Part shown: positions 48,990-62,600 of the stretch, one piece after another
Position numbering within the stretch: the first letter of the stretch is position 1
Layout: every line of letters starts with the position of its first letter
Source: Neophaeotheca triangularis
Lineage: Eukaryota
Length of the DNA stretch: 64,000 nt
Reading direction: 5' to 3'
Assembly: GCA_054600435.1 (NCBI GenBank)
Contig: BAAIJX010000049.1
Location: 62,001-126,000, forward strand
Made by a program: the position numbers and the translations under genes
Notes under the pieces: model-generated
Seen by the model: the letters and a program-made list of their open reading frames with translations, nothing else
The model's database searches: none
Told to the model about the DNA's origin: nothing

Positions 48990-49175
48990 TTCTTTAGCTG
49001 AGCCAGATTTCCCAAAGTCCCGTGTTGCTGTGCCGTTCGCGGAGGCGGTATCGCTGGTGACGACGTCCGCCGTTAAAGGCGCTTCGCCATTATCCACGAG
49101 TTTGCCTGTCAATTGTTCGGCGTCTAATGTGTTGTTTGAGGGTAGCGGAGGCCTTTTGGATTGCTTTCGTGCCAT
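47082..49175 (-). CDS. ARE2: Sterol O-acyltransferase (ACAT/ARE, MBOAT family)
   Basis: MKQHSF, YPNNLT, PTLTYELEYPR, FADRGFYGDWWNS, WNRPVHNFLLRHVY and SALVHEL motifs. Confidence 0.93.
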
Positions 49176-49589
49176 GTTTGGGCTGCTCTGGCAGAAGACG
49201 TTACGGTAGGTGTGAAAGTGGGATTGGTTCGACTTTTGGATCGAGGCGGTCGCTGAGGACGATGTTGAATCTTTCTGCAGATGATGAGCCGATTGCAGCT
49301 TTCCGAGTTATTCAATCATGGGCAGAATGTACCCCTCGGAGAATGCCCCGGAATGAAAAATATTAAGAGGTAGGTAGGGAAATATTCTACTTCATTTGGA
49401 CGTAAGGTACTAGGTACCTTACCTTATGTGTCCGGGTGGACTTTCATGTTTAAACAGACGTCATTGCTTGGCAGGATCCCTGACCCTAAGCCTTGAGGTG
49501 GACCTGAACTTAGTTATTAGATGCCTACTGGTCCTACCTCTCTTGACCTCGATCCTAGACACCTTCCAAAACACCAGCCATCCTTCACC

Positions 49590-50723
49590 ATGGCCGAAGA
49601 AGACACAAATGCAGCGCCAACACCAGCGCCGGCACCCTTCTTCCGCGCAAACAAAAGGAGAAAGGTGTACCGTCAGCGTTCGCAATCGCAAGCCGAAGAC
49701 AACGACAACGACCACACATCAGCACGCTCAGAAGAAGAGAAGGACTCCCTAGCACAACAGGCAGTTGTCCGGCCCGCTGCTCGGCCCAAGCGACACGGCA
49801 TCACTTTCACCAACACGAGCATACGGCGCAAAGAGAAGGATGAGGAAGAGGAGGTAGAGGAGAAGGCCTTGGTGCCCGTCGAGCCGCTCGAGCAGGATGT
49901 CGAGACTGTGACCGGGACGGGGAGGTTTGTGAAACCCATGGGTAGAGTTGCAGTAGAGGATAGGCATATGTAGGTCGTGCTCTTTCGTTTGCATCAACGT
50001 GGATGAGGGTGAGGGCTAGAGCAGTGCTGACAGTGTAGGATGGCGTACATAGACTCGAAGCTGGGTAGACAGGAGTCACCGGCGACGATGACCACCACTC
50101 CGACAACAGCAACAACGCAGGCGCCAAACAGCGCACAGCTTCCAGCAACAGAAAGCAACACCACCACTCGAACCGAATCCCACCGCGCAGCCGCTCAAGG
50201 CAAAGTCGAAGAAGTCGACGTCGCCTCACGCACAACCCAGCACCCTCACTCGCGTCACCAACCCCGCAACCTCAACGCCGCCCAGCTACAACCCACACCC
50301 GCGACGGACCCACCCCGCCGCAAACGTCGCCGCCAACCCCCCATGCCCGACCCCACGGCCCAAGCTCGCTCAACCCTGATAGACGAAATCCTCCGAGAAG
50401 GCCGCGAAGCGCATGCGCCCGCTTACGCCACGCCCACTGCCCAGCAACAACAGCGCCCCAGCCAGGGTGAAGGAGGAGGGGACGCCGGTTTTGCTCCCGA
50501 GACGGACGCTGCTGTCGCAGAGGCTTTTGAGCGCGAATTCATGGCGGAGATGCAAGAGCGTAACCGTAGGGGTAGACCTCCGGCTATGCCTAAGGATAAG
50601 GGGGTTGGTGGGATTGGTAGCAAGGGGGCGGAGACGAGTCATGGACCGAAGTTGGGGGGCAGTCGGTTGCAAAGGGAGCGGTTTAAGAGGCATGAGGAGG
50701 AAATGAAGAGGGCGGGGAAGTAG
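49590..50723 (+). CDS. Tls1/C9orf78 (Hep_59)-like nuclear protein (intron 49970-50038)
   Basis: FRANKRRK basic N-terminus; DRHM|MAYIDSKL joined across a GTAGGT...CTGAC...TAG intron; GKVEEVD and GPKLGGSR motifs. Confidence 0.65.
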
Positions 50724-52194
50724 AAGAGGGAAAGAAGGGGGATGTCGAAAGTGTCTGCTTCGCAAGCGGGTAGGTCATGGGTATGGGGATATAGATAGAA
50801 GACACGGGAAGGGGAAAAGACAAAGGGTTGGCACAATATTAGCAGCGCCTGATGGTGGCGGCAAGTGTAACAAGCAAAGAATCCTCGACAGGCTTTTTTC
50901 CGAACCAGCCAATCCACTCCCATCTCCCATCAGCCCTGGTGTCCTCTCAACATGAAACCGACAGTCCCCAGATACGCACTCGCGAGCGGCCAGTAAGTCC
51001 TTGAGCGGCATTAAGCCTAAAATAGCCAATCAATCCAACAGAATTCCCCAGATCATTGGTGCAGACAGTCGACAGAAGTGCAGCGGGTGATTGGAAGGGC
51101 AATGCTAGCAGAAGCTAGGTCGGTGAATGGCAAAAAGGCATGGTACTGCTTGAACCACTGATGTAATCATACATGCCGACAAGACGAAAAAGATTACGGC
51201 TCCGGATGAACGAAAAAGCCACTTATCGGGCTGGTCTGTCCATTCAGGATGTCGAAGTCTACCCGACAAGCAAGGGGTTGGGGAGTACAACTCCGGATTG
51301 TTACGCTGTGGGATATCTGTAGGTTGCCGGCAAGGCCTGAAAGACCGACAGCAGGCGGTGAGTTACTTTCACCCGAGAAGATGAAACGGGACATGGTGTG
51401 GTCTTTCTATCTTGTCGTTCTCTCCTCTCGATAAGAATCTCGCAGCTGGTCTCGGTTCTTGTAAAAGAGGTTTGGGTAGAATCGGAACTGCGCAGCTGGC
51501 TCACGGTCGTCCTGTCCTTGCGAAAAGCAATCATTAGTAGCTCGTATGCATATCAGTGAATCGTTCGCATGTTGGAAGTTCAACGAGCTAGATAGAGAGC
51601 GAGGTTGTCATGTTGAAGGATCGAATTGAGCCGACTCTACCTAGGTACTACTATCTTCTAACCGTCGGCAATACGGCGACTATGGATTCACCTGTTAAGG
51701 TCCATGTACCTTGCAGGTGGCTACTAAAAGGGACAAAGCAGTCGCCGACTTCCGCTCTTCCTTGTTGCAAGTGCCGTCGCCGACGACCATATAAGTTACC
51801 TTGTTTCGTGCAAGTAGGTACGGTACAGTCGATATGACTGCTCATTCGACCTGGTCAGAATAATTCGTAACATGGAACAGGGTTAGGCTCCAGACAATAC
51901 ATGACCACAAACAACACAAACAGTATACTACCCAAGGTACCTGGCTGCCGACACCTCCACTTACCCACGCCAATGCCACACCAACTTTATGTCATGTTCG
52001 ACAGAAGAGGAAGCTGTCTGCGGCTTCAAATGCCGATGTCGCAGTGACGCCCTCTACAACTATGTAGGTACGGCTCGACAGCCACGTAGGTACTTTTGCT
52101 AGGTATTATTGCTAGGTATACAAGCAGAGCACTCCCAGCTTGACAATCCGAACCACACCCTCCCCTCTAATCCCTCCCCTCGTACTTCCTCATC

Positions 52195-53478
52195 ATGTCA
52201 CCGAAAAACTATTCCATAGCCTCCATCCCGGGCGACGGTATCGGCCCCGAAGTTCTCTCGGCCGGCATCCAAGTCCTCCACGCCCTCGCCAGCAGCCTAG
52301 GCACCTTCTCCTTCACCTTCACCCACTACGACTGGAACTCGGACCGCTACACACGCACCGGCCAATACATTCCCCCGGACGGCCTCGCCCAGCTCAAAAC
52401 CCACGACGCCATCTTCTTCGGCGCCGTCGGCCACCCCGATGTCCCCGACCACATCTCCCTCTGGGGTCTCCGCCTCGCCATATGCCAACCCCTCCAACAA
52501 TACGCGAACGTGAGGCCGACGAAAGTCTTCCGGGGCACCGAAGCACCACTGCGCAATTGCAAACCGGGTGATCTGGATTGGGTGATTGTGCGCGAGAACA
52601 GCGAGGGGGAATACGCCGGGCAGGGCGGGCGATCGCATCAGGGACAGCCGTGGGAAGTCGCGACCGAGTTGGCAATTTTCTCGCGTGTCGGGGTGGAGCG
52701 GATTATGAGGTTTGCTTTTGAGACTGCGAGGAGTAGACCGAGGAAGCATCTGGTGGTGGTTACGAAGAGTAATGCACAGCGGAATGGGATGGTGCTCTGG
52801 GATGAGGTGGCCAAGGAGGTTGGGAAGGAGTTTGAGGATGTGACTGTCGAGAAGATGTTGGTGGATGCCATGACTTGTCGTATGGTGCTGCAACCGGGGA
52901 GTATTGACACTGTTGTTGCGAGTAATTTGGTGCGTTTCACTTCCTGCCGTCTAATTGAGTGATTACAGCTGACCGTCTCCTCCAGCACGCCGACATCCTC
53001 TCAGACCTAGCTGCCGCCCTCAGCGGCTCCATTGGTATCGCGCCAACCTCCAACCTCGACCCTACCCGCCAAGTACGTATTTCCCTAGCCATTTCTCATC
53101 CAAAATTCCATCCAAAACCGTCACCTCCAATTGAGTACCCTTTCTCAACTCCTCTCACACCAAACCCACCCCTCCCAACTCAATACTCCTAACACTCCTT
53201 AAAAGAACCCCTCAATGTTCGAGCCCATCCACGGAAGCGCCTTTGACCTAGTCGGCAAAAACAGCGCCAACCCGGTCGGAACCTTCTGGACAGCAGCGGA
53301 AATGCTAGCCTGGCTAGGGGAAGAGGAAGCCAGCAAAGTGCTATTAGAAGCCGTCGAAAAGGTCGTCGAAAGCGGGGTCCGGACGAAAGATTTGGGGGGA
53401 AGTAGCTCGTTGAGTCAGGTTACTGAGGCTGTTGTTAAAGAAGTTGGCAAGGCAAGGCAAGGGGGTGAAAGCTGGTAG
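52195..53478 (+). CDS. Tartrate dehydrogenase/decarboxylase / D-malate dehydrogenase (ICDH/IPMDH family), introns ~52931-52986 and ~53073-53206
   Basis: IPGDGIGPEV, PDHISLWGL, VRENSEGEY, TKSNAQ, NL|HADILSDLAA and MFEPIHGSAFD motifs. Confidence 0.92.
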
Positions 53479-55235
53479 TGCGGAATCTTTTCTTCTTCTT
53501 TTTCCGCCTTCTTCGTGCCTTCCTTTTCCATGTGTCGTCTTAAATGTCTGCTCTGCTTCTCGTCTTTACTTGTCTCATCCCGCTTACCCCTTCTCTTGCT
53601 TTCGTTCTCCACCGCTCGCTCGGTTTGCCCGGGCAGGTAGACACCTAGGTAAGTGACTACTGGTGACTGTCTCCACCAAAAGGTAAGTGTTTGGGTCGCC
53701 AGCTCCCAGCTATCGGGGAACCCTACACCTCGCGAGTTTTGCCGTAGACTTCGACTATTGATACTGAGCCCTCCAGACCTGTCTGTCACCCCAGCTCCCA
53801 ACAACACCACCGAGCGATCGCCAGCTGCTAAACCGGAAGTCATATCATTGCGAACCCTGCCAGCTGACACACACGAGAGGCCTTGCCCAGCGGCCTACCT
53901 CCCAGAAGCGGCAACGACAGTACAGCAGTGAGCAGACACTCTCGCGTGCAATAATGCCCGGCATATACCCTTCGCCGAGCCGAGCTCGCTCAAATCAAAA
54001 CCCGACCGAGTATTAAAGACCACCCTCCCAGCCTTCATTGGCAGTCGCGATAGACACTGCTGGTAGTGGTAGCTGCCCATCAGTATTCGCCCAAGAGTCT
54101 CCACCCACCAGCAGACCAACATCAACCACGTCTCCGCGTCTCGAAAGGGGGAGACCCTCTCTTCCAGGCCCTCTCGAAAAAAAAAAAAGAAAAGAAAGCT
54201 CATTACTCCCACCTCCGTCCCTCCCACATCCTTCCCACGCGTACCACGAAAAACGGATCGCACAACCTCGACAGCTCATGTAGCTCGACCTCGCGCCGTC
54301 GACAGCTATCTACCATCACAACTCTGGCAAGCAGCTAGCTAGCTAGCTACATAGCTTCACGACAGCCCCCCGGTCCTGGCCTCGCGCTGGGATTTGTGTG
54401 ACCGCGGGAAGCTCGGTGGGGACGTGTTGGCTGTTGTTGTTATTATCATCAACATCATCAACAACCGGTCGTTCAGACATGTGCGTCAGTCTGGTCGTTG
54501 GTTGGTTAGTTGGTTAGTTGGACTCAGGCTCACTCAATCGTTTTGCTCGTTTTACTCCTCGGGAGGCTCGGGATGGACATGGGACGATTGTACGTTCCTC
54601 TTGCCGTTGATGGAGAGCTAGCTGTGGGCGAGTGAGTGAGTGAGTGATTAGAGTGATGAGTGAGGGTGATTGGGCCCGGGTGACTCGTGGCTTGGCCATG
54701 GGTGTGGTTTCCGGGCTGGGATTTTCCAAGGGCGAGAGAGAGGGAGAGCCGCAGACCAGGCTCTTTTTTTTTTGTTTTGGGAGTGGGAAAGAGGGGCGGG
54801 GTGGTGGAGTGTTGTCGTTTGTCCAGAGAAGGAAGGGGGCTAGAAGGCGGGCTTTGGCGCGCGAGGGGGTGGTGTTGGGGACACTGCGTTGGGAGAGAAA
54901 GAGAAAAAATGGCTAGATGGATGAAACGGAGTACGTGAGGATCTATCGAGGTATATCGCCAAAACAGAACAGAATCAGAATCAGAATCAGAACTAAGCAG
55001 AAGAGAAGGAAAAGCCTCCCCGTGTCTTGTTTGTCCGTCTTGAACACCCCCCGAACCGAAGCAGAAGAACGCCGTCGCCTTCCAGCGTTGCCTAACCCGC
55101 CTCATACATACATACATACAATACATATGGACACATTTCCTCTACACCAGAAAAAGAGAGAGAAAAAGAAAAGAAAGGGGAAAATTAAAGGGGCTCTACA
55201 TGTCAAACCCTCCCCCCCTACCCGTTTTTTTTTTT

Positions 55236-56882
55236 TTACGTCCCCCTCCTCCCGATTAGCGGTCTCCCCTCTTGCCGCATATACACGACATAGGTGCCGA
55301 CGATACTGGCGGTACTGGCCAACAGCATGACGGCGCAAAAGACCTGGGCGCCGGGCCAGGAAGTGGGGAAAATGGCGCCGCCGACGGGACTGCCGATTAG
55401 AATGCCGAGGGCGCCGCAGAACATGTTGATGCCGAATCTGGTGCCTATGGTGCGCAAATCTTTAGTCATGGAAGCGACGGCGGCGCCTTGGAGGGAGACG
55501 AAAGCGCCGCTGCAGAAGCCGTAGAGGAGGCACCAGATCAGGAGGCCGGGGAAGGAGTCGGTGATGGCGATCCAGCAGAAGGCGAGGATTGTGGCGCCGG
55601 CGGTGCAGGTTGCGAGGACGACGAGGGGGTGGAGGAATTTGTCGGCGATGAGCGAGGGCAGGATGCGGCCGGGGATGCTGCCGGCCGAGAGGATGGTCAG
55701 GAGCCAGAAGCCGTAGCGGATGCCGTGCATGTTTGCGTATTGCTCGATGAAGAAGTAGGGGATGTATTGGCCGACGAAGCCGAAGAAGGTGGCGAGGTTG
55801 AAGCAGGCAAACGGTTTCTCCCGGATGATGGATATGTCGAAGATTTTGCGTTTTCCTGGCGCGCGGGAGCGGGGTTTGATGACAGCGCAGGGGATTGCGA
55901 GGGTGACGAGGGCGATGAAGCCGATGATGCGGACGGACCAGCCGTAGCCGATGCGTGGTTCGAGTTGGTTGAAGACGATGGGGTAGATGACGCCGCCGAG
56001 ACTGGAGCCCGAAGCTGCGAGACCCATGGCGAGGGCGCGTTTGCTGGAGAAGTAGGTGGGCAGGATGGAGACGGCCGTCAGGAAAGCGCAGCCGCCGCCA
56101 ATGCCCGTGATGACGCCTTGGCAGACCATGATTTGCCAGTATTCGGAGCAGATGGAAGTTAGCATGACACCGAAAACGATGCAGAAGCTGCCGATGGGAA
56201 CGAGCATGGCGGGGCGCGGGGAGAGGTCGTAGATGGGGCCCCAGGTGATGGGCGAGGCGCAGAGGAGGAAGGCGGTTAGCGTGCCGATCCAGGCGATTTG
56301 CGAGTTGTCGTGGTCCGAGAGGAGCTCATCGTTGTAGAAGGTCTGAAAGGCTCCGTAGGCGTTGATGATGCCCCAGGTGTTGAAGAAAAGGAAGTAGCCT
56401 CCTAGCACTTGCAACCATGCTGTTGTGCCGCCATCCGGTGGAGGCCCCCCTGGTGGCCCTGTCGGGGGCTTCTTCTCTTCTTGTCTGGGCAATCCTGGGC
56501 TTTCTGGTGGTGCCGGGAGGTATTGTGTAGACTGCGCGGCTGCAGTGTGTTGGTAATTTTTCCATAGTGGTGCGAGGGAATCGGCATTGGAGTGGGCGTG
56601 CGGTCTATTCAATGGCGAGGGCGGAACCATGGAATTCGGCCGTGAGACACCTTGTTGTGAAAACCTGGGACTCATATCATCTTCGTAGAGACTTGGCGGT
56701 CCAGTGCGGAAAGCAGACATTTCTGTATCGCCCGAATTGCGTCGGCGTGGTGATCCATCATACCACGGGGCGTTATCCATCCATGGCGCAGCTCCGGGCC
56801 ACATCTGGTGATGCTGCTGCTGCTGCTGCTGCTGCTGTTCTTCCCCCAAAGGGAGTGGTTCTGGGCGTCTCCTTCCCTCCAT
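55236..56882 (-). CDS. MFS monocarboxylate-porter (MCT/Mch-like) transporter
   Basis: PPDGGTTAWLQV, FNTWG, YFSSKRALAMGLAASGSSLGG and GRILP motifs; multiple TM segments; ATG at 56882 (MEGRRR) assumed as start. Confidence 0.92.
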   Translation of the reverse strand: MEGRRRPEPLPLGEEQQQQQQQQHHQMWPGAAPWMDNAPWYDGSPRRRNSGDTEMSAFRTGPPSLYEDDMSPRFSQQGVSRPNSMVPPSPLNRPHAHSNADSLAPLWKNYQHTAAAQSTQYLPAPPESPGLPRQEEKKPPTGPPGGPPPDGGTTAWLQVLGGYFLFFNTWGIINAYGAFQTFYNDELLSDHDNSQIAWIGTLTAFLLCASPITWGPIYDLSPRPAMLVPIGSFCIVFGVMLTSICSEYWQIMVCQGVITGIGGGCAFLTAVSILPTYFSSKRALAMGLAASGSSLGGVIYPIVFNQLEPRIGYGWSVRIIGFIALVTLAIPCAVIKPRSRAPGKRKIFDISIIREKPFACFNLATFFGFVGQYIPYFFIEQYANMHGIRYGFWLLTILSAGSIPGRILPSLIADKFLHPLVVLATCTAGATILAFCWIAITDSFPGLLIWCLLYGFCSGAFVSLQGAAVASMTKDLRTIGTRFGINMFCGALGILIGSPVGGAIFPTSWPGAQVFCAVMLLASTASIVGTYVVYMRQEGRPLIGRRGT

Positions 56883-59630
56883 ATTTTTCTTTACAGGTCG
56901 CGCCTTCCTTTTCACAAGCGGAAAATCTTCAGTCGGTTGGCATTAGATGGCGAATCGTGAGGGAATGTGTGTGGCGCAGAGTAAAGTGTGTAGACGTGTC
57001 AAAGGTATCAATCAGGGTGTGAAATTGGTAATGGGAAGATGATGCGCCGTGCAAAGGCGAAAAAGGAAGCAACCGCCAAACGAATGTCGCGCTCAATTGG
57101 TAAGACCAGGGCCGAGCAGTAGAAAGAAATGCGGTCGATGATGATGATGGTGTTGGTGGTAGGGGAGCAGTTGCAAAAACCTGTCGAGTTGCGCCGACGA
57201 CGAGCCCACTAGGAGCGACAAGCTTTGGCAACCGGATTGTAGGGAAGAAGAATGATGAGATGCGTGGAAGAGGAGACGGTGAAGGAAAGGACTACTACGA
57301 TACTACTACGAGGGGGTGGAGAGAGGTATCGGGCTTGATCTCGGCTAATTTAGGGTTCCAATTGTTAGGGGAAGATTATCACCTATTATGGAGGAGATGC
57401 TATTATCATCATCCTAGCTTGCCTAGCTTAGCTACCTAGAAGTCGGCAGGGTTATCGTGTTATGAAAATAGAAAAGGGGAGGGAGGTGAAAGTGTCCCCA
57501 CCTGCACTGTTAAGAGGTCACCTAGTCATTGTTGGTACTACCTAGGTAGTAGTAGTAGTAGTGGGCAGTGACCCGCCACCTCATGTTGTATGATGAGAGA
57601 GATGTGCATGCAGTGCTTTAGGCAGACGTACGGTGTACCTGGCAAGGCTGATACGCACCTTGACCTCAAACATGGAGGTACATGGTAAGGAAAGTAGAGT
57701 CTTGAGTACCTAGCTAAGGTAATAGTGTGATGTCGAAGAGTTGGCAGCGTTAATGATTTAGTCAAGACACGAGAAGAAGACTCGAGTAGTCCACTACTAC
57801 TAGTACTACTACTACTACTGTTGTTAGGAGGTACTCAAGCTAGGTAAAGGCGATGATCGGAACCCTGCACCTCCGTTGCAGCGCCTTGTGGATTAGACTT
57901 TGAAGATCGTCCGCTTAACCGTTGTTCCTGGAGCCAAGAGCATGCCCGCCCGCCCTGGCTCGGGTTAACCGGAGCCCTCCTTTTAACAGTCTTTGGAACT
58001 TTCCAAGCTAAACCGACGATTGATATGCCTCGTGGCCTGTCCCCTCACGCATCATAACAACAACACGCTGTGGTCGGTGGGCGGCATGTGGTGATGTTGC
58101 CATGTATGCCGCGCCTTGTGCAACGGTGTGACGGCAGCATGCCGTGGAAGCGAGCAAGATGGATTGGCATTGGCATTGGCAATGCTCCCGCGGGACGATG
58201 ATGTAGGTGGTGTAGGTTGTCATTTCCACGGAGCAACTCTAAAAGTTGTACGAGCGAGTACGACAAAGGATGCGACACGACACGAGACGACGCGACACGA
58301 CAAAAAGACGAGATGAAAGAAATCTGGAGGGAGATGCAATCATGCCTAGAGACTACCCACACGGCAATCTCGGTCTTTCCGTAGCGACACGACTTGTTGA
58401 TGGCATTATTACCTACCTTATTCTCTTTATGAAGATTTCTGCTCAAGAAAAAGAAAAGGCGGGTCAGAAGAGACGAGAGCGGAGGGGAGAAACAGAAGAG
58501 ATACCTTAGCTGGACAGACAGATAGACACCTCATCATCATCAGCAAGCCGGCAAGAAACGGACGCGATTAAGCTTCGCAACGCTTCTGCCTACAAAAAGA
58601 CCAATCTTTCTAAAAATATTGATTGCGAGTAAAAGACTGAATTTTCATCGATATTCATCATCAATCGCATTGCATTGCATACCTAAAGTAAGTACTAGTA
58701 CTAGTAATGCCTTACCTTCCATACTACCTAGGGGCATCTTCGGTTCTTCCCTCTCGGTGAGTCGGTGACGCCGTCGAGCCTGACGGGACCGTTGGATCGG
58801 TTAGGAGAAAATCGTGTCAAGAATCTTGACCGAATCTTGACCGTTTAGCGACGGTTTGACAGGAAGAGGAGGTAGTAGTAGTACTAGTAGCCCCGGCAAC
58901 ACACCTAATAATAATAATACCTTGCCTAGCTCACAAAACCGGTTGTCATCAGCCTTATCCCCCTCTTATTCTCTCACCCTCCTCGGACGAGAAGATTAAT
59001 TACCGCTAAGGTATCGTTATTATTATAGGAAGAAGTTACTCCACGCTTGCTTTTGGCGAGAAGAATCGACGACTAGTAGTTTTATCATCCCTAGCTAGGG
59101 CTTGAGGCCACTCCTGCACCCGCCCCCTTCCCTGCTATTTTGATTTTCTACTACCAAGTAGTATCTAAACTATTTCCTAGTCCCGCCGCCGCTGTTGCTC
59201 CCGCCCGCCCTTTTTTCCAATCTCCCACCTCGTGTGCTACTATTTTCTACCCACTAACCTACTGATCTTCTCCCTTTCTCGCTTGCATCCATCCAACCAA
59301 ACCAACCGATTATTAAGAAAGCCACCCATCGACTTCAATCACGCCTACTACTCTTTCTTCGCCTTGCCGTATCTTCACCTCCTCCTTACTACTGTTTCTA
59401 CACAATACACTATCTTACTTTAGCCACCCGATTTCCCCCTCCTTCGTCATCCACTTTTCAGTCTTTCAGTCTTTCAGTCTTTCCAATATACCCCCGTGTC
59501 CCGTCACACCTCGCGCTCGCTGCTCCTCAGCTGCCGACTTTCGTTGCCGTTGCTGCCTGCGCTATCTGGCCCCCTCCGTCTCCCTCCCACGAGCCATCTC
59601 TTACATTAAGCACTCGCGTCCCTCGGCAGC

Positions 59631-62600
59631 ATGCAGGACGTTACACTATCCGAAGCTTCGGGTGCGCCCATTGATACCCATGAGCTCTCTCATTTGCGCA
59701 TGTGGCAGGATGCTGTTGCTGCAAACCCGAACAAGACCGCCCTGATATCCCCTAATCAAGACTCTACCGCCTTTCGATGGGTTGGCAGCGACTCCAACAC
59801 CACTCACCTCGAATGGACATTTACAGAGCTCGACCGCGCCGCGAGACGGTTAGCGACAAAACTCAACAGTCTCGCCCCCATTAACCGGAGACCTATCGCC
59901 ACTTTGATCAGAAATCAAGCAGAATGGGCTCTCTTCTTTTGGGCGGCCGCCTATCTCCACGCGCCTCTGATGCCCATCAACCCGGCAAACGCAATCAGGA
60001 GCGACGAACTCACCCACATGGTGAAGCTCATGCGACCAGTCGTCTTTGTTTCTGCCGACACCGAGCTGGCCAGCCAGATGGAAACCAGCCTGGACGATGC
60101 TTTCTTGGCTGACATCCCCACAAAGATCCTCCTCACCAAAGGTGACAAGGATCTTAAATCCGAATGGAGCCTACTCACAGAAATCATGTCGGGCGACCCA
60201 ACACCTCCGCACTCCCCTCTGCCACCGGACCACCGTGATTATGGCCTAATTCTCTTCACCAGCGGAACCACATCACTTCCCAAACCTTGCGCGCATACCA
60301 GCGCGCAAGTTGTAAACGCCGCCATTGCTTACATGGAAGCTCGTGATATCACAAAGGACCACAGGATAGTGCATCATCTACCGGGCTTCCACGCTTACGG
60401 TATAACATGGGGTCTCGTCTTTTGGCTTGCAGGGGGTTCAGTAGTCTACCCATCCGCTGCTTTCGAAGCACAAGCCTCCCTCCAGGCAATTGACCGCTAC
60501 AAGTGCACGCACACCTCTCTCGTACCAACGACCGCGCAGTCCATACTGGCGCATCCGGCTCTCCCCACCACCGACCTGAGCAGCATGATCAGCATCGACA
60601 TCAGTGGCGCCGGCGTCCTGCCCAGCGTTGTCACTTCCTGCGAGGCCGCCCTTAAAATCCCGGGCTACACCAGTTACGGCATGACCGAGAGCCCCGGTTC
60701 GCTCATCTGGCCTGAAGGTGCTGGATCCGTGTTGCGCAGAGGCGAGGTTTTCTCCGGCATGCCCAGCAGAGGCACCACCGTGAAGATCTGCGAGCAAGGT
60801 ACTAGGAATGCGATTCCCCGTGGGCAGGCAGGTGAATTGCACGTTCACGGCATTCAGGTCATCGAGGGTTACCTGGACCCAAACGTAGACTCCAGCGCTT
60901 TCTACAAGGATGAAGAGGGCAAGCAGTGGGTTGTTACTGGTGACCAGGCTATCATGGCCAAGGATGGTGCTGTTACTATTGCTGGACGGTACAAGGATTT
61001 GATCATTCGTGGTGGCGAGAATATTTCCCCCGCGAGTATCGAGTCTTACTTGCAAAAGTTTGAGGGCGTACATGTCGTGAGTGTTGTTGCTATACGTCTC
61101 GCCGAGTCTTTTCGCTAACGGCATCGACAGGCCCAAGTTGTAGGAACCCCTGATGAAATGGCCGGCGAGGTCCCAGTCGCGGTCATTCAAACACTCCCTT
61201 CTTGCACTGCAACACCCGCGCAACTCAAGACGGGCGCCTCTGACGCGCTTGGCACCGCTTTCGCTCCAAAGTTCATTCTCAACCTTCAAGACGATCTAGG
61301 CCTCGCCGACTTCCCCAAGACGGCCTCTGGCAAGGTTCGCAAAGTTGAACTGGCTGTCATTGTCAAGGAGTACCTCGCCGCACACCAAGCACCCGCTGTT
61401 AACAAGGACGCCCCCACTGTAGAGTCTCTGATTAACATTTGGACGAAGATCAGTGGCGCCGAGGGTCTTCTCCCGGAAACGTTGCTTGAGAGCTTCGCCG
61501 ACTCGCTGATGATGATGCAACTTTCTGGTATTGTCAAGGCCGAACTCGGCAAGGACATTACTGTCGAGGATTTCAAGGAATGTGAGAAGATCAATGACCA
61601 GGCCGATTTGATCGACTCGAGGCAAGACCGATCGGCCATGGCTCTGCTGCCGCAAAGGGAGGGACCCCCTGGTATCGACGACGTCGCGCATGTCGCCGGT
61701 GACCATGCGGCTTTCCGCACGACGCAGGCGCAGGTCAACTCTGTGATTGCGCCTTTTGGGCTCGCCTGGACCGATGTTGAGGATGTCATGACCCTGCCGG
61801 ACTGGGAGGCAATCTTTGCAAACCGCATTCGTCCTGCTTCGTGGAATTTGCGTTGGAGTTACTCTGCCCCTGTTGATGTTGCGACTTTGGAGCGGGCTGT
61901 TAGGGAGACTTTGCCATACCACCCTACTTTCCGGTCGTTGATTGTCGAGAGGGCTGCTGAAACACCTCTTTTGGCCACCATCAGAGCATGCGATGAGTGG
62001 TTTGCCGCATCCATGACGACTGGCTGGGAGGTGGAGAAGAAGGAAGACATGAACGAGCTGCTGCTAGGACACCCAGAACTAGACAACGCGAGCTCTCCCG
62101 GACCGCTCTTCAAGATACACCTGGTGCACATCAAAGACACGGGAATGTCTGGTTTTGTCCTCATCGCTTCCCACGCCATCATTGACGCCTCCATGACCAA
62201 ACTCTGGACCGACGACCTCATCACCTCCATGCACAACACCGGCACTCTCATTCCCCACGTCTCGTTCAAAGACTACTCGGACGCCTTCCTCGCCCACCGC
62301 GACGGCCCCGAAGCCAACAAAGGCCTCGCCTACTGGACCAACAAGCTTAGCGGCATTGGTCTCCACCCCACCTCGACCTACTGGCCAGAGCAACGCGCGC
62401 CCGAATTTTACAAAGGCAACGACTATGGTTGGCACAACTGGGACGGCAGCAAGCCGACCTCAACCTCCGCCCGCAAAACGCTCCAATCTGCCAAATCCCG
62501 CGCCCAACTCGGTGTACGCCGTCTCGCCGCCATCCAAGACATGACGGCGCTCAAGGCCTCGCACAACGTCCCCGTCTTCATGCTCGTCAAATCCGCCATT

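Noticed and set aside
50775..51850. Short ORFs between the Tls1-like gene and the dehydrogenase
   Set aside because: No support as coding; likely intergenic.
53480..59600. Microsatellites (AGCT)n, (GAGT)n, (CAGAAT)n, (CTA)n, (TCAGTCTT)3 and the ORFs spanning them
   Set aside because: Ordinary low-complexity intergenic or UTR sequence.
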